From assembly GCA_964606165.1 (NCBI GenBank), contig CAZSFQ010000003.1, positions 64,322 to 128,321 on the forward strand: 64,000 bases of DNA, given 5' to 3'. A program made the translations under genes and the position numbers. The number at the start of each line of letters is the position of its first letter. The first letter of the stretch is position 1. This document shows, piece by piece, positions 35,550 through 45,624 of this stretch. The notes beneath the pieces are model-generated. The model was not told the origin of the DNA. It worked only from the letters and a program-made list of their open reading frames with translations, and did no database searches. The DNA comes from an uncultured Mageeibacillus sp. Its GTDB lineage: Bacteria > Bacillota > Clostridia > Saccharofermentanales > DTU023.

Positions 35550-38500
35550 TTATTTCTCCCTGACGGCCGCGTACTTCAGCCGCAGCAGGACCAAGGTGCC
35601 GGCTGCCATCAGCAGGACACCGAAGGCCCAGAAGAAAGTTCTGTCGAAGAAACCACCCGTTTTGGGCAATTCATCCGTATCACCTTCGACCAACTCCTCC
35701 GGAGGAGTCACAGTCACCACATTGGATTCGACTCCGGGATCTTCATTGAAGAGCAGCAGCGCTTTGTTGGGTACCGTTTCATCGGTGTAAGCACTGAGAT
35801 CCGCGTCTTCCAGGATCTGGGCGCCGATCTCCAGGATCAATGTCTTGCCGGCCAGCAGGTCAAAATCCTCACTGCGGTCGAGAACCAGCCGGATCTCCTG
35901 GCCGTCGATGGTGATCCGCCCGGTCAGAGCCGGCAATTCCACACCGTCAACAAGAGCCCGGACACCTCTTGTGCCCAGCACATCTTCCAGTGTGTCAAGC
36001 AGGATCAGAGACTCGTATCCACGGACATTGACAGGTATTTCAACCTTGACCTGGTAGGTGAAGATTTCATCCCTTTCCTCCAGGTCTTCATGTAGCTTGC
36101 CGTTGATCTCCTTTTTGATCGAAGGCTTCTCGGGCGGCGGCGTGACGGTTACCATGTTGGAGTCAATCCTTATGTCCTTATTCAGGATGAGCCGCCCCCT
36201 GTTGGGAACTGTCTCATCTTCATATTCACTCAGATCCGCTCCCGCCCTTATTTTGGCTTCGATCCGGAGCGTGATTTGCTTTCCCGCGGCATGGGCCAGG
36301 TCAGCCCTGTCAAGGACAAGACGGATGGTCTGACCGTCGAATTCGAGCCTGGCAGTCAGGCTGGCATTCATGAGGCCGTCAACAAAGACGGTGGCCTCCC
36401 CTCTCTCGAGAACATCTTCCAGAGTGTCAAGGATGACCAGCGACTCATATCGGCCTGCGTAGTCCGGTATTCTTACACGGACATGGTAGGTGAAAACCTC
36501 GTCTCTTGCCGCCAGGTCCTCATGCTCCTTGCCGTTGACATCTTTATCGATAACGGGGAATTCAAAAGGCGGCGTCACCGTCACGATATTGGATTTTGTG
36601 CCGATCTGATCATTGATCAGATATTCCGCCTGGTTGGGGATTGTTTCACCCTCGTAGGGTGTCAGGTCAGCGCCCTCCCGGATCCTGGCCCCGATCACCA
36701 GGGTGATGGTTTTTCTTGCCAGGAGGCTGAAATCGAAAGTCTCGTCAAGGATGAGGCTTACTGTCTGGCCGCTGACATCCAGGTAGGGTGACACGGCGGG
36801 TTCCGCGCTGCCGTCGAGCAGGACCGCGGCCTCGATGATTTCGAGCACATCCTCCAGGGTATCGGTGAGAACCAGCGAGGCGTAGTCACGGGTGTTGTTG
36901 GGAATCTCCAGCTCGACATGGTAGGTGAATACCTGGTCGAACAGGGTCAGATCCTCATGCTCCTTGCCGTTGACGTCTTTTTCAATCTCGGGCGGCTCCG
37001 CGGGCGGGGTCACCGTCACGGGCTCCGTCATGACCTGGGGCTTATCATTGAATTGGATGGCCGCCTGGTTGGGCACCGTGTCATTAAGGTAGGCATCCAG
37101 GTTGGCGCCGATCTTGATACGGGCCACCAGTTCGATTACGATCTGCTCCCCTTCAATCCGGCTGAAGTCAAATTCACTGTCCAGCACCAGGGTCGCGGTC
37201 TGGTCCGAAATGGTCAGATAAGGCGCCAGCAGAGTATCATCTGTCCCCACGGTCACCTTGCTGCTGACGATTTCGAGTACACTTTCCAGGGTATCACTGA
37301 CCACGATGGACTCATAGCCGCGCACGCTTTCAGGGATATCGACCAGGACATGGTAGGTAAAGAGTTCATGCCTGGATCCCAGATCCTCATGCGCCTTGCC
37401 GTTGACATCCTTGTCGATGACAGGTTCATCGGGGGGCGGGGTTACTGTTACTTTATTGGACTTGACTTTCTGATTGCCATTGACGCTGTAGTAGCCTTCA
37501 TTGGGCACCAGCTCCCCTTCATGAACCGAAAGGTCGGCGCCATCCCTGATAACTGCTGTAATCTCCAGGGCAATCACCTTGCCGATGATATCAGCGAAGT
37601 CGAAATCTTCCTCGTCAAGGGACAAGGTCACCTTCTGACCTGCGATGGAAACGAAAGCGTCCAGCGCAGGAACCGCCACGCCGTCGATCAGGACCGCAGT
37701 GCCTTGAATTTGCAGGACAGGCTCCAGGGTGTCATCGATGACCAGGGTCCGGTAGTATTCACCCTCCTCCAGTTGGGGCAGCAATACCTTGACATGGTAG
37801 TTGAAGGAGTCGTCCGCCGCGGCCAGATTCTCGTGGGTCTTGCCGTTAATGTCCTTGGAGATCTGGGGCGTCACCGGGGCCGGTGGCGCGATGGTGACAG
37901 TGTTGGAATTGGTTTTGTGGCCGTTGTAGATCAGCTGGGCCGTATTGGGGATCTTGCCGTCCGGATAGATGGCCTTAACCTCGCCACAAATAACGCAGGC
38001 GTCAATGGAAGCCTTGAACTCCAGGACCACATCCTTTTCCTTTATCTGGGTGAAATCGCTGGTTTTACTGAAGGTGATTTTATTGCCGATCACAGTCAAC
38101 TCCCCGGGCTTGACGATGCTGACCCCGTCGACTTTGACGTCGGCGGAACCGGCTGTGATCTTCAGGAGGGCGTCCACCTGATCTTCGAAGCCGAAGGAGG
38201 TCATGCCGAAGATATTATCGACATGCGTCGTGACGGTGTAGGTCACTTCTTCCCTGACCTGGCTGAGGTCGTAGTGTTCGACCCCGTTGACTCTTTTTAC
38301 CGGAACCGTGGGCTCCAGGGTACAGATGGTGTTGGTATTGCCGGGGATTACCGGGTTTTCGATATGGTAGCGTTTTTGTCCCGACCTGCCTATCGCGGTA
38401 ACGGGTGTCTTATCCTCGCCATAGAAATCGAGTTCTCTCAGCTCATATTCGATGGTGTAGTCACCTTCCTGCTCAACCTCAACGATATTGGATCCCGTAT

Positions 38501-39659
38501 GAAGACCCAAATTAGCGTTAATGACCACGCCGTCCTTAAGCAATCTTGAACTTAAGACCTGATAGCCGGACTCAATGACCACCTCAATGCTCTCCTGGCT
38601 GATTTCCTCGACCAGGGCATCGAAAAGATTTCCCGCTACCGTACCGAAGTTGGCAGGAGTGTCAAAGACTACGAAATAGTCATCCGACGTTGCCATGGAC
38701 TCCAGCTTCGTCCGGGTATAGGGACCCACCACCGAAGTATAATAATCGCCTCCCCCGTACTGTTCAGTTTGCCTGGCCAGGTCCTGGATGAAGGTTGAGA
38801 TCAGGTAATAGCCCTGACCCTTGATGGCGGTTGCCTGGGCGGCTGCCTGATCCGTAGCCGTCTTGTAGTCCTGGTATTTTTCGTTGAAACCGGTGCTGTT
38901 TCCGTGTGATTGGCTGCCATAGGCCCAATCCCAGTCCAGCCAGATGGTTCCGTCGTCTCCGGTACTGCCGTCCGGCAGCCTGACATTGGCCACGCCGTCG
39001 GTTACCAGCAGGAAGACCGTCTCTCTCATAAGATCGCCCGCGTCACCCAGCTCACCGCGTTTATCGTTGTACCCTTTCAAAGCGTACTGGAGGCCCCGGG
39101 CTGTCGGGGTCGCGCCATTGACACTGATGGTTCCGATTTGGTCTTTGGCCTGGGTAAAGCCATTGCCCAGCGCATAGGGTGTCTTGGTGTCAACCGTGAT
39201 GAAACCATCTCCCGAGCCCGTGAAAAGACCATTGTTGCTGCCAACATTTTTCTTGACCTGCGACCCGTCATCCACTTCATACCATTGGTAGCGCTGGCCG
39301 CCTCGGAAAGTGGTCACCATGACCCGGTCACCACGGCTGAATACCAACTTGTCAACGACAGCCTTCAGGCCATCTTTCATGGTACCGATCGTATTTGTGA
39401 ATGAACCGCTGGCGTCCTGGACGATTACCAGGTCGATGGCTTTCTCGACCAGGGGTCTTTGAAAATTGACCTCACCTTTGATTGTCCGGATACAGAGCTC
39501 AATCAGCCGGTCGATCTCACTTGTGTGTGACAGCGACACCAGACGGTCGTTGTCAGCTCTTACCTTGTTTGGGAATACGGGTGCCACCAGATACATTAAA
39601 AGAGACAGCACCAGGAGAAATACATAGAGGTATTTCGCCTTACCTAAAGATTTATTCAT
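35550..39659 (-). CDS. LPXTG-anchored surface adhesin with an N-terminal vWA domain followed by tandem isopeptide-forming (pilin D2/CnaB-like) domains
   Basis: Signal peptide, then MIDAS DASGS within VIVQDASGSF. Six ~145-aa repeats each carry DKDVNGK...FTYHV...E-x-x-A...VPNxA...VTVTPP. The C-terminus is LPKTGG, a TM helix and a basic tail. The ATG at 39659 has a GGAGGA RBS. Confidence 0.85.
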   Translation of the reverse strand: MNKSLGKAKYLYVFLLVLSLLMYLVAPVFPNKVRADNDRLVSLSHTSEIDRLIELCIRTIKGEVNFQRPLVEKAIDLVIVQDASGSFTNTIGTMKDGLKAVVDKLVFSRGDRVMVTTFRGGQRYQWYEVDDGSQVKKNVGSNNGLFTGSGDGFITVDTKTPYALGNGFTQAKDQIGTISVNGATPTARGLQYALKGYNDKRGELGDAGDLMRETVFLLVTDGVANVRLPDGSTGDDGTIWLDWDWAYGSQSHGNSTGFNEKYQDYKTATDQAAAQATAIKGQGYYLISTFIQDLARQTEQYGGGDYYTSVVGPYTRTKLESMATSDDYFVVFDTPANFGTVAGNLFDALVEEISQESIEVVIESGYQVLSSRLLKDGVVINANLGLHTGSNIVEVEQEGDYTIEYELRELDFYGEDKTPVTAIGRSGQKRYHIENPVIPGNTNTICTLEPTVPVKRVNGVEHYDLSQVREEVTYTVTTHVDNIFGMTSFGFEDQVDALLKITAGSADVKVDGVSIVKPGELTVIGNKITFSKTSDFTQIKEKDVVLEFKASIDACVICGEVKAIYPDGKIPNTAQLIYNGHKTNSNTVTIAPPAPVTPQISKDINGKTHENLAAADDSFNYHVKVLLPQLEEGEYYRTLVIDDTLEPVLQIQGTAVLIDGVAVPALDAFVSIAGQKVTLSLDEEDFDFADIIGKVIALEITAVIRDGADLSVHEGELVPNEGYYSVNGNQKVKSNKVTVTPPPDEPVIDKDVNGKAHEDLGSRHELFTYHVLVDIPESVRGYESIVVSDTLESVLEIVSSKVTVGTDDTLLAPYLTISDQTATLVLDSEFDFSRIEGEQIVIELVARIKIGANLDAYLNDTVPNQAAIQFNDKPQVMTEPVTVTPPAEPPEIEKDVNGKEHEDLTLFDQVFTYHVELEIPNNTRDYASLVLTDTLEDVLEIIEAAVLLDGSAEPAVSPYLDVSGQTVSLILDETFDFSLLARKTITLVIGARIREGADLTPYEGETIPNQAEYLINDQIGTKSNIVTVTPPFEFPVIDKDVNGKEHEDLAARDEVFTYHVRVRIPDYAGRYESLVILDTLEDVLERGEATVFVDGLMNASLTARLEFDGQTIRLVLDRADLAHAAGKQITLRIEAKIRAGADLSEYEDETVPNRGRLILNKDIRIDSNMVTVTPPPEKPSIKKEINGKLHEDLEERDEIFTYQVKVEIPVNVRGYESLILLDTLEDVLGTRGVRALVDGVELPALTGRITIDGQEIRLVLDRSEDFDLLAGKTLILEIGAQILEDADLSAYTDETVPNKALLLFNEDPGVESNVVTVTPPEELVEGDTDELPKTGGFFDRTFFWAFGVLLMAAGTLVLLRLKYAAVREK
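35700..37883 (-). repeat. Five tandem ~435-bp coding repeats (isopeptide domains) inside the adhesin gene, plus a sixth more divergent unit up to ~38327
   Basis: The VTVTPP-encoding segment recurs near 35700, 36140, 36570, 37005, 37440 and 37880. The repeats are diverged at DNA level and conserved at protein level. Confidence 0.75.
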
Positions 39660-39807
39660 TGCCCTATCCTCCATCTATCTATTAGTCATCGGGCAACACT
39701 GACTCCTCAAAACGTGTCCTCATCCATGGCCAAGCCTATGCTCCTGATTTGAACAAAGTTTGAAGTTGCCGCAGCTGTAACTCTGGTTCTCACTTTGCAT
39801 GGAACAG

Positions 39808-39835
39808 GCGAACCCGCCTTTTGAGGCGGGTTCGC
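39808..39835. terminator. Perfect 11-bp GC-rich hairpin between the Tim44-like gene and the adhesin gene
   Basis: GCGAACCCGCC-UUUUGA-GGCGGGUUCGC, 26 nt past the stop of the upstream minus-strand gene. It lacks a clear U-tract. Confidence 0.55.
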
Positions 39836-39860
39836 AGTTCAGTACAAAGAAGGCAGGAGG

Positions 39861-40805
39861 CTAGATGGTCTGTTGGGAAATCCCCTTGATATTGGACAGG
39901 ACCCAGTCAAACTCAGGAGCCGTCACGATGGAGCCGCAGTAGCTGCAGCGGGCGGATTGAGTCAGGTCAATGGGGGCACCGCAGTGCGGGCAATTGCGGC
40001 TGACCTCTTGTTTGCCCTCAAGGCCAGGTGCCGGTGTCTTGATGCCCAGGCTGCGGATCATGGTCCACTCGTAGGTCATGAACTTCTCGCGGCGCGGGTC
40101 ACCGCTGACCACCTTGCCGGTCGCCCGGTCGATGGTGTAATCGGTGATGCGGGTGGTCAAACGGATGACCAGGTTGTCGTTTTGCTGATCCTGGTAGAAG
40201 TTGACCAGGGCGACGCTGATGATGGCGACCCGTTCCACCCGGTTGATCTGGTTACGGTTGACCAGCTCCTGGAGCTGGCGCCACATCTGGTTGTAAAGAT
40301 CGTCCGTCATGTGGGCCCGCATGGGCTCCCAATCCTGGTTTTCCCAGGCGCGCTGCATCCCGGAGTAAAGATTGGAGACCTTCTCCCGCATCTCCGCTTC
40401 GGTGAAGAAGGGGTCATGCAACCTCACCTGGTCGGCGATGCCTGCCGACTGGGCCGGGTGTACGGTCGGGGCATGGGTTGATCCCGCCTGGCTGCCCTTT
40501 TTGGATTTTAGAATTACGAATACAACGATGAGGATAAAAATAATCAGGCCAAAAGGTGAACCCCCCAGGCAGGACAGGCCCACACAGCTGCCGAAACTTC
40601 CGCTGCCGCCCCAGTCACTGTCGCCGAAAGAACCGCCCCAGTCACCTCCGCCCGAGGAGCCGCCCCAGTCGCTGTCGCCGCTGAAAAAGCCGGCATCGGC
40701 AGGCCCGGGATAAAAACGGGTGCCGGCCTGGGCGACTCCGCTGAATATAAGCAGCCCCAATGAGATCGCCAGCAATATGAGTGAAATCCTAACCGTCCGT
40801 CTCAT
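39861..40805 (-). CDS. Tim44-like domain membrane protein with a C-terminal zinc ribbon
   Basis: Signal/TM region, GDSDWGGS repeats, a second TM helix and a Tim44-like domain (FFTEAEMREKVSNLY...WEPMRAHMTD). C-terminal CPHCG...CSYCG. Confidence 0.65.
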   Translation of the reverse strand: MRRTVRISLILLAISLGLLIFSGVAQAGTRFYPGPADAGFFSGDSDWGGSSGGGDWGGSFGDSDWGGSGSFGSCVGLSCLGGSPFGLIIFILIVVFVILKSKKGSQAGSTHAPTVHPAQSAGIADQVRLHDPFFTEAEMREKVSNLYSGMQRAWENQDWEPMRAHMTDDLYNQMWRQLQELVNRNQINRVERVAIISVALVNFYQDQQNDNLVIRLTTRITDYTIDRATGKVVSGDPRREKFMTYEWTMIRSLGIKTPAPGLEGKQEVSRNCPHCGAPIDLTQSARCSYCGSIVTAPEFDWVLSNIKGISQQTI

Positions 40806-40850
40806 CCGTCAAGGCCCTCCTGTCGATGCTCCTATTTTAAACGAAACCGG

Positions 40851-41747
40851 TCAATTACTGTTGCCGTCGGTTGTTTCTCTCCGGTACAAACGGATCAGGG
40901 CCTGGGTGCCCAGATCAGCATCGCCATCTTCGGCCATCTTTTCGTAAAGACCAAGTACTGCGTGAAGCATGGGAAGCCTGGTCCGGCGTTCCGCCATCTC
41001 TTCTTCCACGATGTGCATGTCCTTGATAAAGTGCTTGATGAAAAAACCCGGATCATGATCACCGGACAATACCCTGGGCGCCATGTGGCTGATCTGCCAG
41101 CTTCCCGCGGCTCCCGCCCCAATCGCCCGCAGCATGGTCTCAGGGTCCAGACCCGTCTTCTCGGCGTAGAGGATGGCCTCAGTCATGGCCGCCGTTGCAC
41201 CCGCCACTGCGATCTGGTTGGCAGCCTTGGTGTGCTGGCCCTTGCCTGCCTCACCCATGTAAACGATATTTTTGCCCATAACCGAAAAAACAGGAAAAGC
41301 GCGGTCGTAGGATTGGCGGTCACCGCCCACCATGATGGAAAGCGTCCCGTCACGCGCCCCCAAATCGCCGCCGGAAACGGGCGCGTCCAGAAGAAACAGG
41401 CCCTTTTCCCGGCCCAGTTCGTGGAGCTTGACGGCAAGAGAAGGCGATGAAGTCGTCATATCAATGACAAGGGTTCCGGGAAGGGCCGTGTCGAAGACGC
41501 CCCCCTGACCCAGCATGACCTCTTCCAGATCGGCGGGATAACCCACCATGGTGATCACAGCGTCCGCGCCTTCAACCGCGCCGGCTATGCTGCCGGCGCA
41601 CACCGCTCCCGTCGCGCAGGCGGTCTCCTCCGCCTTGCTTCCTGTTCGATTAAATACCTTTACCTGGTAGCCGTTAAGGCACAGGCGGGCGACCATGGCT
41701 GCGCCCATGACGCCCGTTCCGATGAATCCGATTCGCTTGATGGGCAT
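40851..41747 (-). CDS. NAD(P)-dependent beta-hydroxyacid dehydrogenase (3-hydroxyisobutyrate / tartronate-semialdehyde reductase family)
   Basis: IGFIGTGVMGAAM dinucleotide motif, DAPVSGG and the catalytic-Lys region GQHTKAANQ. Confidence 0.8.
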   Translation of the reverse strand: MPIKRIGFIGTGVMGAAMVARLCLNGYQVKVFNRTGSKAEETACATGAVCAGSIAGAVEGADAVITMVGYPADLEEVMLGQGGVFDTALPGTLVIDMTTSSPSLAVKLHELGREKGLFLLDAPVSGGDLGARDGTLSIMVGGDRQSYDRAFPVFSVMGKNIVYMGEAGKGQHTKAANQIAVAGATAAMTEAILYAEKTGLDPETMLRAIGAGAAGSWQISHMAPRVLSGDHDPGFFIKHFIKDMHIVEEEMAERRTRLPMLHAVLGLYEKMAEDGDADLGTQALIRLYRRETTDGNSN

Positions 41748-41755
41748 CTGCTTTT

Positions 41756-42619
41756 CTACACTCCCCTCGCTGACATGATCAGGTCAATCTGATCGGGATT
41801 CAAGCCGACCATGGCTTCACCCAGATTCTCGGAAACATGGGCCAGACGCTCCGGATCGTCGTAGTGCTCACAGGCTTCGACGATGGCTCTGGCCCGGCGT
41901 ACCGGGTCGCCTGACTTGAAGATTCCCGACCCGACGAATACGCCCTCCGCGCCAAGCTGCCTCATCAGGGCGGCATCGGCCGGTGTCGCGACACCGCCGG
42001 CGGAAAAATTGGGAACCGGAAGCTTACCGTGTTTATGGACGTATTGGATCAGTTCAACCGGAACGGCCAGGTCGCGCGCCCGGACGTAAAGTTCGTCGGG
42101 GCGAAGCGAGACCACCTCCCCGATCTGTTGATTGATTTTGCGCATGTGACGGACCGCCTGGACCACGTCACCCGTACCAGGCTCACCCTTGGTCCTTATC
42201 ATCATGGCCCCTTCGGCCAGGCGCCGAAGCGCCTCATCAAGACCACGCGCGCCGCACACAAAAGGCACATCAAAGCTGGTTTTATCAATATGGAAGACTT
42301 CGTCGGCGGGAGTCAGCACTTCACTTTCATCGATGAAGTCAACCCCGATGGCCTGGAGAATCTGTGCCTCAACAAAATGGCCGATCCGCACCTTAGCCAT
42401 CACCGGGATCTTGACCGCCTTCATAATCGCCTTGATCATGGCGGGATCACTCATTCTTGATATGCCACCTGCCGAACGAATGTCGGCCGGAACGCGTTCG
42501 AGGGCCATGACCGATACGGCTCCGGCCTCCTCGGCGATCCGGGCCTGCTCGACATTGACGACATCCATGATGACGCCGCCTCTCAGCTGTTCCGCAAGGT
42601 TGCGGTCAAATTGTTTCAT
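41756..42619 (-). CDS. pdxS: Pyridoxal 5'-phosphate synthase lyase subunit PdxS
   Basis: [21 protein letters not shown]...[11 protein letters not shown]...[10 protein letters not shown] are hallmark PdxS motifs. The ATG at 42619 has a GGAGG 10 nt upstream. Confidence 0.9.
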   Translation of the reverse strand: MKQFDRNLAEQLRGGVIMDVVNVEQARIAEEAGAVSVMALERVPADIRSAGGISRMSDPAMIKAIMKAVKIPVMAKVRIGHFVEAQILQAIGVDFIDESEVLTPADEVFHIDKTSFDVPFVCGARGLDEALRRLAEGAMMIRTKGEPGTGDVVQAVRHMRKINQQIGEVVSLRPDELYVRARDLAVPVELIQYVHKHGKLPVPNFSAGGVATPADAALMRQLGAEGVFVGSGIFKSGDPVRRARAIVEACEHYDDPERLAHVSENLGEAMVGLNPDQIDLIMSARGV

Positions 42620-42789
42620 CAGAACCATGCCTCCAATCCTTAAAAACAAATACGATTATACATCTCAAAAAAGCCCCGATAGCGGAGCTTTGTCGCAATC
42701 ATCCGGCCTTGGTCCGTACCTGTTTCAGTATACGCCGACGGTTTAGCGAACGCAAGAAATGGACTGCCGCGGATATTCCGTTACGGCAA

Positions 42790-42818
42790 TTGACAGCAGG
42801 CCTTTTAATCAATAATAT
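42790..42818 (+). promoter_or_regulatory. Sigma-70-type promoter for rex
   Basis: TTGACA (42790-42795), a 17-nt spacer, then TAATAT (42813-42818), ~25 nt before the rex ATG. Confidence 0.55.
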
Positions 42819-42842
42819 GTTATCGATATTGAGGAGGTTCTC

Positions 42843-43457
42843 ATGGCTTCAAATTCACTCTCCTTCCAAACGCTTCAGCGCTTGCCCTATTACCTCGATT
42901 ATCTGCGGGAGGTCGAAACAGAAAATATTTCTTCGACGACCATCGCCGCTGAGTTCCGCCTGCATGAGGTACAGGTCCGCAAGGATCTGGCCTCGGTGAG
43001 CCGCTTGGCTGGACAGCCGCGAAAGGGGTTCGCCACTCAGGCTCTTATCAAGGATATCGAGGATATACTGGGCTACGGCCATGTTGATGAGGCGGTCATC
43101 GTCGGTGTCGGCCATCTTGGAACCGCTCTGGCCAACTACGCAGGATTCGGCAAATACGGCCTGAAGATTGTCGCTGGTTTCGACACCCGCATCGAGCACG
43201 CGGATTGCCTGAACGGGATGCCTCTTTACCCCATGGACCAGCTTGAGGCGGTTATCCGTGAAGGCGGGATCCGGCTGGGCATTATTACCGTAGACGGGGT
43301 CCATGCCCAGTCAGTTTGTGACCAGCTGGTAGAGGCCGGTGTGGAAGCGATCTGGAATTTCGCGCCTGTATTGCTGCAGGTTCCGGAAGGAATCATCGTA
43401 CAAAATGAGAACATGGCATGCGCCCTCGCGGTCTTGAGCCATCATCTTCGAAAGTAG
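42843..43457 (+). CDS. rex: Redox-sensing transcriptional repressor Rex
   Basis: TLQRLPYYLDYL wHTH N-terminus and a Rossmann fold VIVGVGHLGTALANY. 204 aa. Confidence 0.9.
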   Translation: MASNSLSFQTLQRLPYYLDYLREVETENISSTTIAAEFRLHEVQVRKDLASVSRLAGQPRKGFATQALIKDIEDILGYGHVDEAVIVGVGHLGTALANYAGFGKYGLKIVAGFDTRIEHADCLNGMPLYPMDQLEAVIREGGIRLGIITVDGVHAQSVCDQLVEAGVEAIWNFAPVLLQVPEGIIVQNENMACALAVLSHHLRK

Positions 43458-43509
43458 CATCCCCAAGGCCGAAACCGCCGCCTGGCATTGTCCGTGATAT
43501 GATACAGGC

Positions 43510-44484
43510 ATGAGCGGGACAGGCCAAAAAATCCTGGTTATCATCAATCCGAACGCCGGCCGTTTCGGCGCGACCGAGCTGGCCGCCAAGCTTTGCGGCG
43601 AACTCCGGCAGGCTGGGGCTGTGGTCCGCGAAGTTTTTACGGCCGGCAGGGGGGACGCCCGCGAAATCGCTTTCACCGAGGCCCCCGCCTACGAGGTTGT
43701 CGTCGCCTGCGGCGGCGATGGCACGCTGTCCGAGGTCATCTCGGGACTTATGCGGCTCCGCTTCCCCCCCGATGTCGGTTTCCTGCCGATTGGCTCCACT
43801 TGCGACATTGCCAGGACTTTCAAACTGCCATCAGACCCCAGGAAGGCGGCACAGGGTATCTTGACGGGTATCCCTTTCCCTGTCGACATCGGCCGTGTCC
43901 ATGGGAGCCGCCCCCTGATCCGCCGGGACCTTCCCGAGGGCGTCGCGCCTGACAGTCCCGACCAGGTTCCCGACTACTTCAGCTATGTCACCAGTTTTGG
44001 CGCTTTTACCGAAACTTCCTATGCGACAAGACGCCGCCTGAAAAAGACCCTGGGTCATTTCGCCTACATCCTGACCGGTCTTCAATCGGTGGGCAGCATC
44101 CGCCCCTTTGATACCACTGTCCTTCTTGACGGGGCCGACTATTCCGGCAGTTACATCTTCGGCGGTGTCCTCAACTCCTTTTCTGTCGGCGGGATGGTTA
44201 AGCTGGACGATGTTGTTTTCAACGACGGCCTCTTTGAGGTCCTGCTGGTCAAGCCCCCCCGCAATGCTGGACAGACAGCTCAACTCATCTCCCATCTGCT
44301 GCGCCGGAAAACAAGTGAAGCCATTATCCGGCGGCGGGCCAGCGAAATCATCTTTCGTTTCAAAGAAGCCGTCCCCTTCACCGTTGACGGGGAATACGGC
44401 GGTTCGAGGACTGACTGGCAGATCCAAAACATCAAGCAAGCCATCCGGCTCCGCCTTCAAAGCCCGCCCGGAACCAGAGCTTGA
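43510..44484 (+). CDS. Diacylglycerol/lipid kinase family protein (YegS/DagK type)
   Basis: ILVIINPNAG and VVACGGDGTLSEVISGL motifs. Confidence 0.85.
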   Translation: MSGTGQKILVIINPNAGRFGATELAAKLCGELRQAGAVVREVFTAGRGDAREIAFTEAPAYEVVVACGGDGTLSEVISGLMRLRFPPDVGFLPIGSTCDIARTFKLPSDPRKAAQGILTGIPFPVDIGRVHGSRPLIRRDLPEGVAPDSPDQVPDYFSYVTSFGAFTETSYATRRRLKKTLGHFAYILTGLQSVGSIRPFDTTVLLDGADYSGSYIFGGVLNSFSVGGMVKLDDVVFNDGLFEVLLVKPPRNAGQTAQLISHLLRRKTSEAIIRRRASEIIFRFKEAVPFTVDGEYGGSRTDWQIQNIKQAIRLRLQSPPGTRA

Positions 44485-44501
44485 AGACAGGAGGCCTTCC
44501 C

Positions 44502-45593
44502 ATGTCCGAAAGCACAAGCAAGGCACGGCGCCAGGATCATGACCTTGGTTTTTTACTGCGCTACGAGAATATCGCCTGGTATGAAAAGGGTTTGGTCCGG
44601 ATCCTGGACCGGCGTGTCTACCCGACTGAAATTATTTTCCTCGAATGCCGGACTGTCGACCAGGTGGCTGAAGCCATCACCGGCATGGTGACCCAGAGCG
44701 CCGGCCCCTACACGGCGGCCGGCATGGGAATGACACTTGCAGCCAGCCAGGTCAGGGGCCGGAGCAAAGACGATCAGCTTCACGCATTGCGGCTGGCTGC
44801 CGACAGGCTGTCGACCGCCCGGCCGACAACTGAATCGAGAATGAGGCTGGTGACATCTGCTGCCCTTGCTGCAGCCGAAAAAGCGCTGAAGCAAGGGGAA
44901 AGTGATGTAACGCAGGTCCTCTTCAACCTGGCCTATGACTCCCTGGAACGCCGCTACGAGCGGATGTCCAGGGTCGGCATCAATCTTATTTCACTTCTTC
45001 CTGACCGGGCAAGCGTTATGACCAACTGCTTTGGCGAGACCATCGTAGGCACCATGATCCGGGCGGCCCAGGAGAGAGGCATGGAACTGAAACTGTTCAC
45101 TCCCGAGACCCGGCCCTACTTCCAGGGTGCCCGCCTGACGGCCAGCGTCGCGGCTGAAATGGGCGCGGATGTCACTGTGATTACCGACAATATGCCAGCC
45201 GAGGTGTTCTCCCGCCATCAGGTCGATCTGTTTACAACGGCGGCCGACGCCATTACCAGGGACGGCTATGTGGTCAACAAAATCGGAACTCTCCAGATCG
45301 CCATCGTCGCCAAATACTACGGCGTGCCCTACTTTGTCACGGGAATTCCGGACATGGTGACCCTTTCTGAAGTCACCATCGAACAGCGCGATCCCCAATT
45401 CGTGCTTGAGGCCCGCGGCGTGCGGAACACCAGGCCTGAAGTCAAAGGTTACTACCCATCCTTTGACATAACGCCTCCTCATCTTGTTTCGGGTGTTGTC
45501 ACCGACACGGGGATTTTGACGCCCTATAACCTGGACCATTACCAGCCGCCCGGCGGACAGGCAGATGACTACTACGGCGGTTTAGATGTATGA
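44502..45593 (+). CDS. eIF-2B alpha/beta/delta-like family isomerase (MtnA-like sugar-phosphate isomerase)
   Basis: 363 aa from the ATG at 44502 (AGGAGG 7 nt upstream). IF-2B-family pattern with FTTAADAITRDGYVVNKIGT. Substrate not assignable. Confidence 0.7.
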   Translation: MSESTSKARRQDHDLGFLLRYENIAWYEKGLVRILDRRVYPTEIIFLECRTVDQVAEAITGMVTQSAGPYTAAGMGMTLAASQVRGRSKDDQLHALRLAADRLSTARPTTESRMRLVTSAALAAAEKALKQGESDVTQVLFNLAYDSLERRYERMSRVGINLISLLPDRASVMTNCFGETIVGTMIRAAQERGMELKLFTPETRPYFQGARLTASVAAEMGADVTVITDNMPAEVFSRHQVDLFTTAADAITRDGYVVNKIGTLQIAIVAKYYGVPYFVTGIPDMVTLSEVTIEQRDPQFVLEARGVRNTRPEVKGYYPSFDITPPHLVSGVVTDTGILTPYNLDHYQPPGGQADDYYGGLDV

Positions 45594-45624
45594 TTGCCTG
45601 TGAGAGAAGAAAGGAGGTAGCCGG

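Noticed and set aside
35700-38327. Periodic ~435-bp repeats, considered as a possible CRISPR, satellite or other non-coding repeat array
   Set aside because: The repeats lie entirely inside one long ORF and encode conserved protein domains with diverged DNA. There is no spacer/repeat organisation.
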